Virus record (IMG/VR): IMGVR_UViG_3300028048_000060
Location: 32,001-96,000 of that record
DNA: 64,000 nucleotides
Strand: one strand, 5' to 3'
From: a virus
Lineage: Duplodnaviria; Caudoviricetes
Position 1 is the first letter of the stretch. Every line of letters begins with the position of its first letter. Both the position numbers and the translations under genes were made by a program. Below, one piece after another: positions 47,744 through 56,413 of the stretch. The notes beneath the pieces are model-generated. The model did no database searches and had not been told where the DNA came from. It saw nothing but the letters and a program-made list of their open reading frames with translations.

Positions 47744-47795
47744 TTTGTCTTTAACTCAAAAATTCCTTGATTTTCTTTCTAAGTTACATTATAAT
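47744..47795 (+). promoter_or_regulatory. Early promoter repeat
   Basis: TTTGTCTTTAACTCAAA; TTGATT-N17-TATAAT. Confidence 0.85.
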
Positions 47796-47837
47796 AATAA
47801 ACATAAAGAAGAAAGGAACAGAGAAAGGAATATAAAT

Positions 47838-48089
47838 ATGAGCATTAAGTACACAGATGCATACAGAAAGGAACTCATTGAAACCCTCAGAGAAGCAAGT
47901 AAGATTGAAAATCCTTCTGAGATGGAACAGAAGATGTTTGCTTTTGTTATCGACCTCTGGAGAATTATACGTAAGGAAGAAACTAAGTCTGATGGCGATG
48001 TTGAGTTTGTTTCCTCAGAAGAAGCAAAGTCTAACTCAATGGGTGTCTTTAAGCAGTCTGAAGCATTATCAAAGGCATTTAGGGATTAA
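47838..48089 (+). CDS. Hypothetical protein
   Basis: Start moved downstream of promoter (MSIKY). Confidence 0.6.
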   Translation: MSIKYTDAYRKELIETLREASKIENPSEMEQKMFAFVIDLWRIIRKEETKSDGDVEFVSSEEAKSNSMGVFKQSEALSKAFRD

Positions 48090-48107
48090 ACTTTAAAAGG
48101 ATAAAAA

Positions 48108-48494
48108 ATGAACAAATACGAATTTTTCTACAAGAGTGGTAATAATTCAGATTACGATGACCCAAGTGATACTTTTATCGAATCATTTAAAGCAGAAGAT
48201 GATTTTCACGCTTATGTGTTAATCTTATCATATCTGCTTCGTGATGAAATTGACGACTTCAGTGAAAGAGACTTTAAAAATGCTCTTGAGTCCCTCGAAG
48301 ATAACTTCGATGAAGAGATTACAATTGGATGGATTAGAAAGATGCTTTCAAACATTTGTGATTTCCCTTATAATGATTGTGTCGAACTCTACTATATCAA
48401 GAGAAATGGAAAGTTCATTGATAAGTTTGATCCAATGCCTGATTTCTTCAAGAACAGAAGAATCAAGGCAGAAATTGAGAGAATTGACTATTGA
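48108..48494 (+). CDS. Hypothetical protein
   Basis: ORF with RBS. Confidence 0.65.
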   Translation: MNKYEFFYKSGNNSDYDDPSDTFIESFKAEDDFHAYVLILSYLLRDEIDDFSERDFKNALESLEDNFDEEITIGWIRKMLSNICDFPYNDCVELYYIKRNGKFIDKFDPMPDFFKNRRIKAEIERIDY

Positions 48495-48512
48495 TTACTA
48501 ATTAAAATGTTA

Positions 48513-48540
48513 AAAGGGACATCTTAGATGTCCCTTATTT
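48513..48540. terminator. Bidirectional terminator
   Basis: aagggacatc-tta-gatgtccctt between convergent genes. Confidence 0.75.
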
Positions 48541-48543
48541 CTA

Positions 48544-49041
48544 TCATATCTTAATAACTTCTACAGATGCTTGCTTAAAGATTTCTAAAGCATCTTCACA
48601 ATTCTTAATCCAGTTTGACTTAGGTTCTGAGTCATAAACTACTCTTTTTATTCCTGACTGAACGATAGCCTTAGCACATTCTGTACAGCATGGAAGTCCA
48701 TGAACATAGATGGTGCAACCCTCTACACTTGCGCCATTATACAAAGCATTATATATAGCATTTGCCTCTGCATGGATAATAAATCTGTACTTAGTCTCTT
48801 TGTCAGCGTATAACTCCTCAGAATCATTAAATCCTCTTGGAAATCCATTATAACCCTGTGATACTATCTGTCCCTTTTGACCTACTATAATGGCGCCAAC
48901 TTTAGTTGATGGATCCTTAGACCAGCTGGATATCTCCTTAGAGAGATTTAAGAACCTGATATCCTTAGCCTTTTGCTTTAAGGTTTCAATTTCGTTAATT
49001 TCTTCTTCGATTTCAGATTTCTTAAAAAGTTTTGAAAGCAT
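48544..49041 (-). CDS. dCMP deaminase
   Basis: SKDPSTKVGA, GYNG.PRG, HAEANA, PC..CAK. Confidence 0.93.
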   Translation of the reverse strand: MLSKLFKKSEIEEEINEIETLKQKAKDIRFLNLSKEISSWSKDPSTKVGAIIVGQKGQIVSQGYNGFPRGFNDSEELYADKETKYRFIIHAEANAIYNALYNGASVEGCTIYVHGLPCCTECAKAIVQSGIKRVVYDSEPKSNWIKNCEDALEIFKQASVEVIKI

Positions 49042-49132
49042 ACATTATCCTTCTGAGTTAAATTTTTAGTATTTATGAACATTTAAATCTTAGTTTCTAT
49101 ATAACAAACATCATTAAAAGAATCTTAATATC

Positions 49133-49486
49133 CTAAAGATACTTAAATGTCTTAGAATGCGTATAGCTAAATTTTGGATTATATTCCTTTAGGTCTTTGA
49201 TGAAAATTTTAGATATTGTGTCGTCTATGATACACAGTTCTGAATTAGTTTTGAGGAGATTTTCAAAGTCTTCAAACTTAATCTTAAAGACTCTTGGACT
49301 CTTAGACTTAGACTCTGGCGCGTTTGGTTTAAGGAACTTTGGGTCTCCTGGTTCTAATGTGTCTTCGATTTCTATTTCTACAGTGTTATTAAGAACCTGA
49401 AGAATTTTTAGAATCCTGGTTTCTTCGAAGTCTAAGGATTCATTGATGTAGGACTTAAAGATTAGTTTTCCAAATAGATAGCACAT
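49133..49486 (-). CDS. Putative internal head protein
   Basis: FKSYINES near N-terminus; CATAAATA on minus strand at 49509-49516. Confidence 0.45.
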   Translation of the reverse strand: MCYLFGKLIFKSYINESLDFEETRILKILQVLNNTVEIEIEDTLEPGDPKFLKPNAPESKSKSPRVFKIKFEDFENLLKTNSELCIIDDTISKIFIKDLKEYNPKFSYTHSKTFKYL

Positions 49487-49630
49487 TTTAGTTCCTCTGT
49501 ATATTATGTATTTATGGAACATTTAGATGTCTTTATATAAGAACAATGATTTAAATGTTTATGAAACATCTAAATATTGATTTTTTATTTAAATCCTATT
49601 ATAATAAAAATAAGGAGATAGTATGGGATT

Positions 49631-50419
49631 ATGAGACAAAGAACAATTAAACACTCAGTAAGACTTTCAGGAATAGGTCTCCATACTGGAGAAATTATCC
49701 ATGTCTTACTCAAACCTTCAAAGGCACCAGGGATTTCCTTTAACAACATCAAAGTGAGTCCTGACACTGTCTTTGGAACATCATTATGCACCAAAATTGG
49801 GCAAGTAAGGACTATTGAGCACTTAATGTGTGCATTGTCTATTCTTAATATAACAAACTTAGATATTATCTTAGATGGAGACGAAATCCCTATCTTAGAT
49901 GGTGGAGCATTTGTGTTTGTTGAGATGCTCAAGGATAATGTCTTGGACTTAGATGGTTTCATCAAAGATTTCTTTATTCCAAATGAAGGAATAGAAGTTA
50001 TAGATGAAAATGACTCTGAAAAGTATATCAGAGCATATCCATCAGGAAAATTAAGCATTAACCTTAAAGTAGATTTTAATGGATTAAAACAACAGTTCTT
50101 TTATAATAAAGACATAAGCACATCTTTAGAATTCCTAAGAGCAAGGACGTTCTGTTATCTTAGAGATGTTGAGGAGATGCAGAAGAATGGAATGGCACTG
50201 GGTGGAAACTTAAATAACTCCATTGTCTTAGATAATGATAATAATCCTATAAACCACTTTCTGTTTGACAATGAGTTAGCTAAACACAAGATGATAGACT
50301 TTATAGGGGACTTAAGTGCTTTAGGATTTCCTGTTATAGGAAGAATAGAGTGTTCTAAACCTGGGCATACTATAAACAATTTGTTTGTTAAGAAATTAAA
50401 GGAAAAGTTAAATGTTTAA
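49631..50419 (+). CDS. lpxC: UDP-3-O-acyl-GlcNAc deacetylase
   Basis: QRT...GIGLHTG, TIEHLM, EIPILDG, ARTF, HKMIDFIGDL, GH..N; sigma70 promoter upstream. Confidence 0.92.
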   Translation: MRQRTIKHSVRLSGIGLHTGEIIHVLLKPSKAPGISFNNIKVSPDTVFGTSLCTKIGQVRTIEHLMCALSILNITNLDIILDGDEIPILDGGAFVFVEMLKDNVLDLDGFIKDFFIPNEGIEVIDENDSEKYIRAYPSGKLSINLKVDFNGLKQQFFYNKDISTSLEFLRARTFCYLRDVEEMQKNGMALGGNLNNSIVLDNDNNPINHFLFDNELAKHKMIDFIGDLSALGFPVIGRIECSKPGHTINNLFVKKLKEKLNV

Positions 50420-50801
50420 TGCTTTTAAAAAGATACTGAACTTAGAAGACTTAACCCAAGAGGACTTAGACAAGATAAGTCCATTCCTGATGTTAAGATG
50501 GCTAGAGGGAAATCCAGGATGCTTACAGATAGCACAGTTCCTGAATGTATATAACAAAATCCCTTTAGAAGCACAAATAGAGTTTATAAAGTCTATTACT
50601 CAAGGAAGGATTAAGTACATTAAGTTTATAAAAGGAAACAAGATAGAGTCTAAAGAACTTGATCTTATATCAAAATACTTTAAAATATCTTTAGACAAAG
50701 CACTTTTATACTCTGAGTTTCTTTCTAAGGAAGACATAAAGAGTATTGAGTCACAGTTAGATTCATTAGAGCCAGGCCAAAAAATTAAGAGAGGAAAGTG
50801 A
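50412..50801 (+). CDS. Clamp loader small subunit, gp62-like
   Basis: SPF...RWL, YIK..K, I.KYF..S..KA..Y. Confidence 0.7.
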   Translation: MFNAFKKILNLEDLTQEDLDKISPFLMLRWLEGNPGCLQIAQFLNVYNKIPLEAQIEFIKSITQGRIKYIKFIKGNKIESKELDLISKYFKISLDKALLYSEFLSKEDIKSIESQLDSLEPGQKIKRGK

Positions 50802-51700
50802 TGATTGTTTTTACACATAATGACTTAGATGCGGTTGGATGTGAATTATGTCTTAGACACAGTAACTTAAAGATAGACAAAGTGTTCTATGAAGACTACG
50901 TTACAATGAAGGACACTGTTCGAGATATTATCACATACGGGGCTAAGAACAACATAGACACTGTGTTCATTTGTGACTTGAGTTTCTCAGAGAGACCTGA
51001 GTTGCTCCAAAATCTTCTAAACCACTTTAAGACTGTCATTCACTTAGACCACCACTCATATCCTGAGGACTTTAGTGTCAAAGTAAGAGATAACTGCATC
51101 TTAAAACAAATTATAGACCCTTCAAGATGTGGATGTAAGATTGTCTATGATGTTCTGAAACTGAATATTCCTTATCTTAATGCTGTTATTGAAGTAATAG
51201 ATAAGTTTGACCGATTTGTCACTGACAGTCCTTTATTTGAAAAATCAGTAAGTATGAACTCTTACTTTTGGAAGTATGGCTATCAGCATTTCTTAGAACA
51301 GTTTAAAGAAAAAATTCCAGTTTCTTATAATAAAGACATAGAAATATTAAATGAAGAGACTTTAAGAGAACTTGAAGAACAAACTAAGAAAGGACAGATT
51401 TTAAAATCAGACAAAGTGACTATCAAGTTTGGAGATATCCACTTTGTAGAAGCAGAAATAAATGCTTTTAATCAAGGGCAAAGAGGGTTTCTGTGTATTA
51501 CTCCAGGAAACATCAAGGTAAGACTCAACAACAAGATATTCTCTCAGGAAGAGGCAGAGAATCTTAGACTTAAAATTTTGGGTTCAGTTAATGGCCACCC
51601 TCATGCATTTGTAGATGTCTTTAAGAATGATAATCCTGAACTTACCTTTGGTGAAATCCAAAGAATTTGTAATATCATTAACTCTTATGAAGGACTTTAA
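50798..51700 (+). CDS. DHH-family phosphoesterase
   Basis: TH.DLD, ICDL, LDHH motifs. Confidence 0.85.
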   Translation: MMIVFTHNDLDAVGCELCLRHSNLKIDKVFYEDYVTMKDTVRDIITYGAKNNIDTVFICDLSFSERPELLQNLLNHFKTVIHLDHHSYPEDFSVKVRDNCILKQIIDPSRCGCKIVYDVLKLNIPYLNAVIEVIDKFDRFVTDSPLFEKSVSMNSYFWKYGYQHFLEQFKEKIPVSYNKDIEILNEETLRELEEQTKKGQILKSDKVTIKFGDIHFVEAEINAFNQGQRGFLCITPGNIKVRLNNKIFSQEEAENLRLKILGSVNGHPHAFVDVFKNDNPELTFGEIQRICNIINSYEGL

Positions 51701-51701
51701 T

Positions 51702-51959
51702 ATGCTTACATTAGGACAGTTACTTTATGACTTAAATGACTCATATACTCATTTTGATGTTTACGAGCAGGAAGATACCGAGAACGTAGAAGAAGTTCTT
51801 CCTTCTAAGAAGAAAATTCTTTCTAATGCTTCCCAAGACGAGATTGTAGAGTTCTCAAAGAACCATCTCTTAGATGAAGTCCTGTTAGCATATAATGACT
51901 TAGTTCACAGAAGTTCAGGAAACAAGATACATATAGTCTTAGCCAAGAAGTCAGAATAA
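51702..51959 (+). CDS. Hypothetical protein
   Basis: Start moved to MLTLGQ after AGGA. Confidence 0.55.
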   Translation: MLTLGQLLYDLNDSYTHFDVYEQEDTENVEEVLPSKKKILSNASQDEIVEFSKNHLLDEVLLAYNDLVHRSSGNKIHIVLAKKSE

Positions 51960-52061
51960 GAGACTTGAAATTTTGGATGTTTTATATTATAATAAATAAA
52001 ATGTTAAGAATGCTTTAGTCACAGAAGACTAAAGCATTTGAATTTTTAAGGAATATCAAAA

Positions 52062-53771
52062 TTGAAAGAAATATACAAAAAGAAAACATCAAGAGAACAT
52101 ATCTTAGAAAGACCAAATATGTATATTGGTGCTTCTAATGTAGTGGAAGTAGAAGATTATTGCTTAGTTAATGACAAGATTCAGAGAACTTCAGTTAAGT
52201 GTGTTCCAGGACTTTTAAAGATTATCAACGAGATTATAGACAACTCAGTTGACATTGCTATTAAGACTAACTTTGAAGGATGTAACTCAGTAAGTGTTAA
52301 AATCACAGATGATACTGTTGTTGTAGAAGACAATGGTCCAGGAATTCCAGTTTCTAAAAATCCTGAAGGAGAGTATATCCCATTTGTTTGTTGGGGATAT
52401 GCAATGTCAGGTTCTAACTTTGACAATGACGAGAACAGAACTCACTTAGGGATGAATGGTGTAGGAAGTTACTGTACGAATGTTTGGAGTACAGAATTTA
52501 CTGGTATTTCAGATGACTCTAAGAACAGATACACTGTTAAGTTTAAAAATAATGCTTTAGATTATAAGGAAACTGTTTCAGACTCAGTCTCTAAGGGCGT
52601 TACTGTTAAGTTTAAACCTGACCTTAAGCGCTTTGGAATTGAAAAGATAGACCAAACTCACAAAGACTTAGTCTATCAGAGACTGTTAAATCTCAGTATT
52701 AGCTTCCCTCTAATCCAGTTTAAGTTTAATAACAAAGCTATTAAGACTAAGAACTTTAAGTCTTATGTTAGCAGTTTTGCTGATGAAGGAAGTTTTGAGG
52801 TCTTTCAGAGTGATAATTTTAGCTTTGCTGTTATTCCAAGTCCTTCAGACGAGTTCCAACAGTTTAGTTATCTAAATGGTCTTAATATCAAAGATGGTGG
52901 AACTCACATTGATGTGATAGCCAACAACATTGTTAGTTTACTGAGAGACAGTCTTTCTAAGAAGTACAAGACTATTAAACCTGCTGATATTAAGAACAAG
53001 CTGATGGTAGTTGGTGTGTTTAAGAACTTTGCTAATCCTAAGTTCAACTCTCAGACCAAGGAAAAGCTGACTAACTCTGTTTCAGAAGTAAATCGGTACT
53101 TTGGTGATATCGACTATCAGAGTCTTTCAAAGAAAATTTTAAAGAACTCTAATATAATTAGTCCTATCATAGAAGTCTTTAAGATAAAGGAAGAACTTAA
53201 AAACAGACAGGAATTAAAGACTCTTAATAAAGCAAAGAAAATCAAAGACGAGCATTACTTACCTGCTTTAAAGGAAAGTAAATACATAATGGTCGTTGAG
53301 GGACTTTGCTTAGATGAAAATACTGAAGTTCTTACATCTGATTTTAGAAGCAAACAAATAAGAGACATAGACATTGGTGATACAATCATAGATTCTAACT
53401 TTAATCCAGTAACAGTTCTCAGTAAATCACACAAACTCACTAAGACACTTAGAGTAAATTTTAGAGATGGATATGTTATTTGTGGATTAGAGCATCCATT
53501 CTTTGTATATAATAAAGAAAGAAAAATATTTGAGTATGTTAAGGCTAAAGACTTAAATTCAAATTATTCTCTTGTTAGGTCTAAGATTAGAAATGATGCT
53601 AGATTCTCAGAAGTGCTTGATGTAGAAGAAAAACGTTTGTTTCTTGAAGAAACTTATGTAGATTTTACAGATGATGATTTCTTTTGTGTTATTAGAGACG
53701 GAAGAATTCAAAGAGTTAAAGGAACTGAGATAGTTAAAGGAGACTGTTTGATTTTACAATGTGTGAGTTAA
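52062..53771 (+). CDS. Topoisomerase II large subunit (gp39) N-terminal part fused to split intein N-fragment
   Basis: EHIL.RP.MYIG, EIIDNS.D, DNGPGIP, SGSNF, G.NGVG, F.SQTKE, VVEGL then CLDENTEV. Confidence 0.93.
   Translation: MKEIYKKKTSREHILERPNMYIGASNVVEVEDYCLVNDKIQRTSVKCVPGLLKIINEIIDNSVDIAIKTNFEGCNSVSVKITDDTVVVEDNGPGIPVSKNPEGEYIPFVCWGYAMSGSNFDNDENRTHLGMNGVGSYCTNVWSTEFTGISDDSKNRYTVKFKNNALDYKETVSDSVSKGVTVKFKPDLKRFGIEKIDQTHKDLVYQRLLNLSISFPLIQFKFNNKAIKTKNFKSYVSSFADEGSFEVFQSDNFSFAVIPSPSDEFQQFSYLNGLNIKDGGTHIDVIANNIVSLLRDSLSKKYKTIKPADIKNKLMVVGVFKNFANPKFNSQTKEKLTNSVSEVNRYFGDIDYQSLSKKILKNSNIISPIIEVFKIKEELKNRQELKTLNKAKKIKDEHYLPALKESKYIMVVEGLCLDENTEVLTSDFRSKQIRDIDIGDTIIDSNFNPVTVLSKSHKLTKTLRVNFRDGYVICGLEHPFFVYNKERKIFEYVKAKDLNSNYSLVRSKIRNDARFSEVLDVEEKRLFLEETYVDFTDDDFFCVIRDGRIQRVKGTEIVKGDCLILQCVS
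53307..53771 (+). other. Split intein N-fragment (154 aa)
   Basis: Block A CLDENTEV, I.DI..GD, block B CGLEHPF, VKAKDL. Confidence 0.9.
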
Positions 53772-55051
53772 AGATATTTGTAGGAGTCTTAACAGATGAA
53801 CTTCTAAAGAAATTCACCACTTTTCCAAAGGCCAGTTTGTTCTATCCATTCAAAGAACTTACTGGAATGAAGTGTAAAGACTGGTGTTTAGAAAGATTAC
53901 GAGACTTAGAGACTCCTAAATGTGCTTGGTGTGGGAAGATTGTTAAATTTGATACTGAGTATTGTATTGAAGAGAGAAATTTGTTTGTCATTGTTAAATT
54001 TATAGAGGAGCATATTTGCTTTGATACTAAGAACTGTCCAAGAAAAGGTCTTAATCCAAACTCAGTTGAATTTGTTTCAAAGGCTTATAATATAAGCGAA
54101 GAAGAAGCTAACAGAAGAATCTTAGAACGAAATAAATCTCCATTTTATAGGACAAATTATGCCTCAGATGAAGAATATAGTAATGCGCAAAAACGAAATG
54201 AACAATGGTATATAAACCAGTACGAAGATGGAAAGGAAAGATTTATCAAGAGAAACAAAGCCATTTCTGAAAGAGTTACAAAGGAAGGGATGATAAGAAT
54301 ATACGGAAAGGAAAAGGCAGAAGCGATTTGTAAAAGTAAAGCAACGTGTTGTAAAGAACACTTTATGAAAAAGTTTGGCGATTCTTGGAAAGAAGAATAT
54401 GAGAAACATCTTCGAAAAGTAGAACAAACAGAGGAATCATTTATTGCGCGATACGGTCCCGAACTTGGAAAAATAAAGTGGGAAGGCCATATAAAATTAG
54501 TGAAACAAATTCTGAAGAAAAGACTCGAAAATGAAACCTCTGAACAGAGAAGAAAACGATGTTGCTTTTCAAAGGAGTTCTTTAAAACAAGATATGGAAA
54601 TAATTGGAAAACCTACTATAAAGAATTTCAGAAGAAGATACAAGTAAAGGCAGGAAAAGCATCAAAACTTTCTTTAAAATATTTTAAACCTATTATTGAT
54701 TTTCTCGATAAGAATCATTTAAAATATTATATAGGTGTAGATGGAAATAAGGAGTATTTCCTTTGGGATAGGAAAGCTAAGAAACTTCGATTATATGACC
54801 TTTGTATCTTAGATATAAAGACTATAATTGAATTTCATGGCTCTCTATATCATTATAACAAAGATAACCTTTTAGAAAATCCTTTTGGTTTTTCATTAAA
54901 TGAAAGAAAAGAAAAAGACGAACAAAAGGAAAGATTAGCGAAAGCAAATGGATTTGACTACTACGTTATATTTGACACAGATGATAGGACAGAGATGGCT
55001 GAAAAGTTAATCAAAATAATTCAGGAAAAAATAAATGCAAGAACTAACTAA
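53759..55051 (+). CDS. Vsr/DUF559-like homing endonuclease inserted between intein halves
   Basis: YG...G..K repeats; YD...IIEFHG..YH...KD..K..LA..NG.....I. Confidence 0.8.
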   Translation: MCELKIFVGVLTDELLKKFTTFPKASLFYPFKELTGMKCKDWCLERLRDLETPKCAWCGKIVKFDTEYCIEERNLFVIVKFIEEHICFDTKNCPRKGLNPNSVEFVSKAYNISEEEANRRILERNKSPFYRTNYASDEEYSNAQKRNEQWYINQYEDGKERFIKRNKAISERVTKEGMIRIYGKEKAEAICKSKATCCKEHFMKKFGDSWKEEYEKHLRKVEQTEESFIARYGPELGKIKWEGHIKLVKQILKKRLENETSEQRRKRCCFSKEFFKTRYGNNWKTYYKEFQKKIQVKAGKASKLSLKYFKPIIDFLDKNHLKYYIGVDGNKEYFLWDRKAKKLRLYDLCILDIKTIIEFHGSLYHYNKDNLLENPFGFSLNERKEKDEQKERLAKANGFDYYVIFDTDDRTEMAEKLIKIIQEKINARTN

Positions 55052-55466
55052 AGAACAGGAACTTAATTTTGAATTAGTTGATATAGAGTCAGTTGAAGAT
55101 AATGGATATGCTAACACTTTTGATATCTCTGTAACTGGGAAACATGATTTTATCTTAGGAAATGGAATTATCACACATAATTCTGCTCTTGCAGGGTTAA
55201 CACCTTCTCTAGGAAGAGAACAGTGTGCATATTATTGTCTAAGAGGAAAACCACTGAACGTTTGGAATGCGTCTCAGTCAAAGTTCACTTCTAATAAAGA
55301 ATTAAGTACTTTATATAAAATTGTAAAGAGTCTTGAAGAAGAAGAACCTATGGAAGATGGTGATTTCTATAAAATTGAAGTTAATGGAAAAGAAATGATT
55401 GTAAATGAAAATGACGAGATTAAGGTAGATGGGAAGTGGGTGAGTGTTAAGGAGTTTATTGGTTGA
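55035..55466 (+). CDS. Split intein C-fragment (49 aa, ends HN) fused to topoisomerase II TOPRIM middle part
   Basis: TFDISV...H.FIL.NGIITHN|SALAG...LRGKPLNV...N.EL. Confidence 0.92.
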   Translation: MQELTKEQELNFELVDIESVEDNGYANTFDISVTGKHDFILGNGIITHNSALAGLTPSLGREQCAYYCLRGKPLNVWNASQSKFTSNKELSTLYKIVKSLEEEEPMEDGDFYKIEVNGKEMIVNENDEIKVDGKWVSVKEFIG

Positions 55467-56410
55467 TTCATTTTGTTTACAGACTAACATATTTGGGAGA
55501 GACGAGTCCCAAATATTATATAGGGAAGCACTCTGGTGATATTGGTGATTTAGGGACAAAATATTTCACAAGTTCAAAGATTGTTAGGGAAATGTTTAAA
55601 AAAGACCCTAAATCCTTTAAGACTAAAATCATAAAGGTGTTTGACACTTGCACTCAGGCACTCGCATTCGAAAGTAAGATTTTAAGAAGAGTGGATGCTT
55701 GCAGAAATAAACTATTTTTTAATCAGTCTAATTATTCATATTATACTAAAGACAGAACATCTTTAGTTACTGTCTTTGACAATATTCTCCAGTGTAAGAG
55801 GTCTATTCCATGTGATGAATTTTATGCGAATAGAGAACGATATATCTCTGACCATGATGGACTTACAATTTTTAAAGACTCAGATGGAAATATAATCAGG
55901 TGTAGTAAAAGCTTCGCTTCTGAACATAATCTTGTTGGAGTTAATAAAGGTGTTGTCTTTGCTTTGAATGACTCAGGTAAGTATGTTAGACTTACACAGG
56001 ATGAATACCACAGTAATAAAGATAAATTTAAAGTTGGCACAACAGGAAATGTGATTTGTAAAGATAAGGTTACGGGAGAAACAAAAAGAGTCTCAAAGGA
56101 AGAATTTGACTCTAACCCAAACCTTAAAGGTGTTTATGACAAATACCAGTTTAAAATTTGCCCTCTATGTAACAAACAGATTTCAGTCCAAAATTATGAC
56201 AGGCACATAAACAGACATAAAACACTGATTTTATGGGTAACTGATGGAAAAGATACTTGGAAATGTACTGAAGAAAAATATTTATTGAAATATAAAGACA
56301 AATTTAATATAATTCAAAAGAATAAGGATAATACCATTGGATACATAGATGGCAAACCTTATAACATCAGATTCGTTGGAAGAATTAGAAAAAATTTTTA
56401 TTTGGAGTAA
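55463..56410 (+). CDS. GIY-YIG-like free-standing homing endonuclease
   Basis: FVY...YYIG.H, YFTSS, E..IL, FFN; repeated C-terminal modules and C2H2-like CPLC...H...H. Confidence 0.75.
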   Translation: MIHFVYRLTYLGETSPKYYIGKHSGDIGDLGTKYFTSSKIVREMFKKDPKSFKTKIIKVFDTCTQALAFESKILRRVDACRNKLFFNQSNYSYYTKDRTSLVTVFDNILQCKRSIPCDEFYANRERYISDHDGLTIFKDSDGNIIRCSKSFASEHNLVGVNKGVVFALNDSGKYVRLTQDEYHSNKDKFKVGTTGNVICKDKVTGETKRVSKEEFDSNPNLKGVYDKYQFKICPLCNKQISVQNYDRHINRHKTLILWVTDGKDTWKCTEEKYLLKYKDKFNIIQKNKDNTIGYIDGKPYNIRFVGRIRKNFYLE

Positions 56411-56413
56411 GAT

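Noticed and set aside
47745-47837. ORF-track N-terminal extensions at 47745, 31507, 22969 and 61105
   Set aside because: They run through promoter elements or upstream genes; downstream starts have proper RBS
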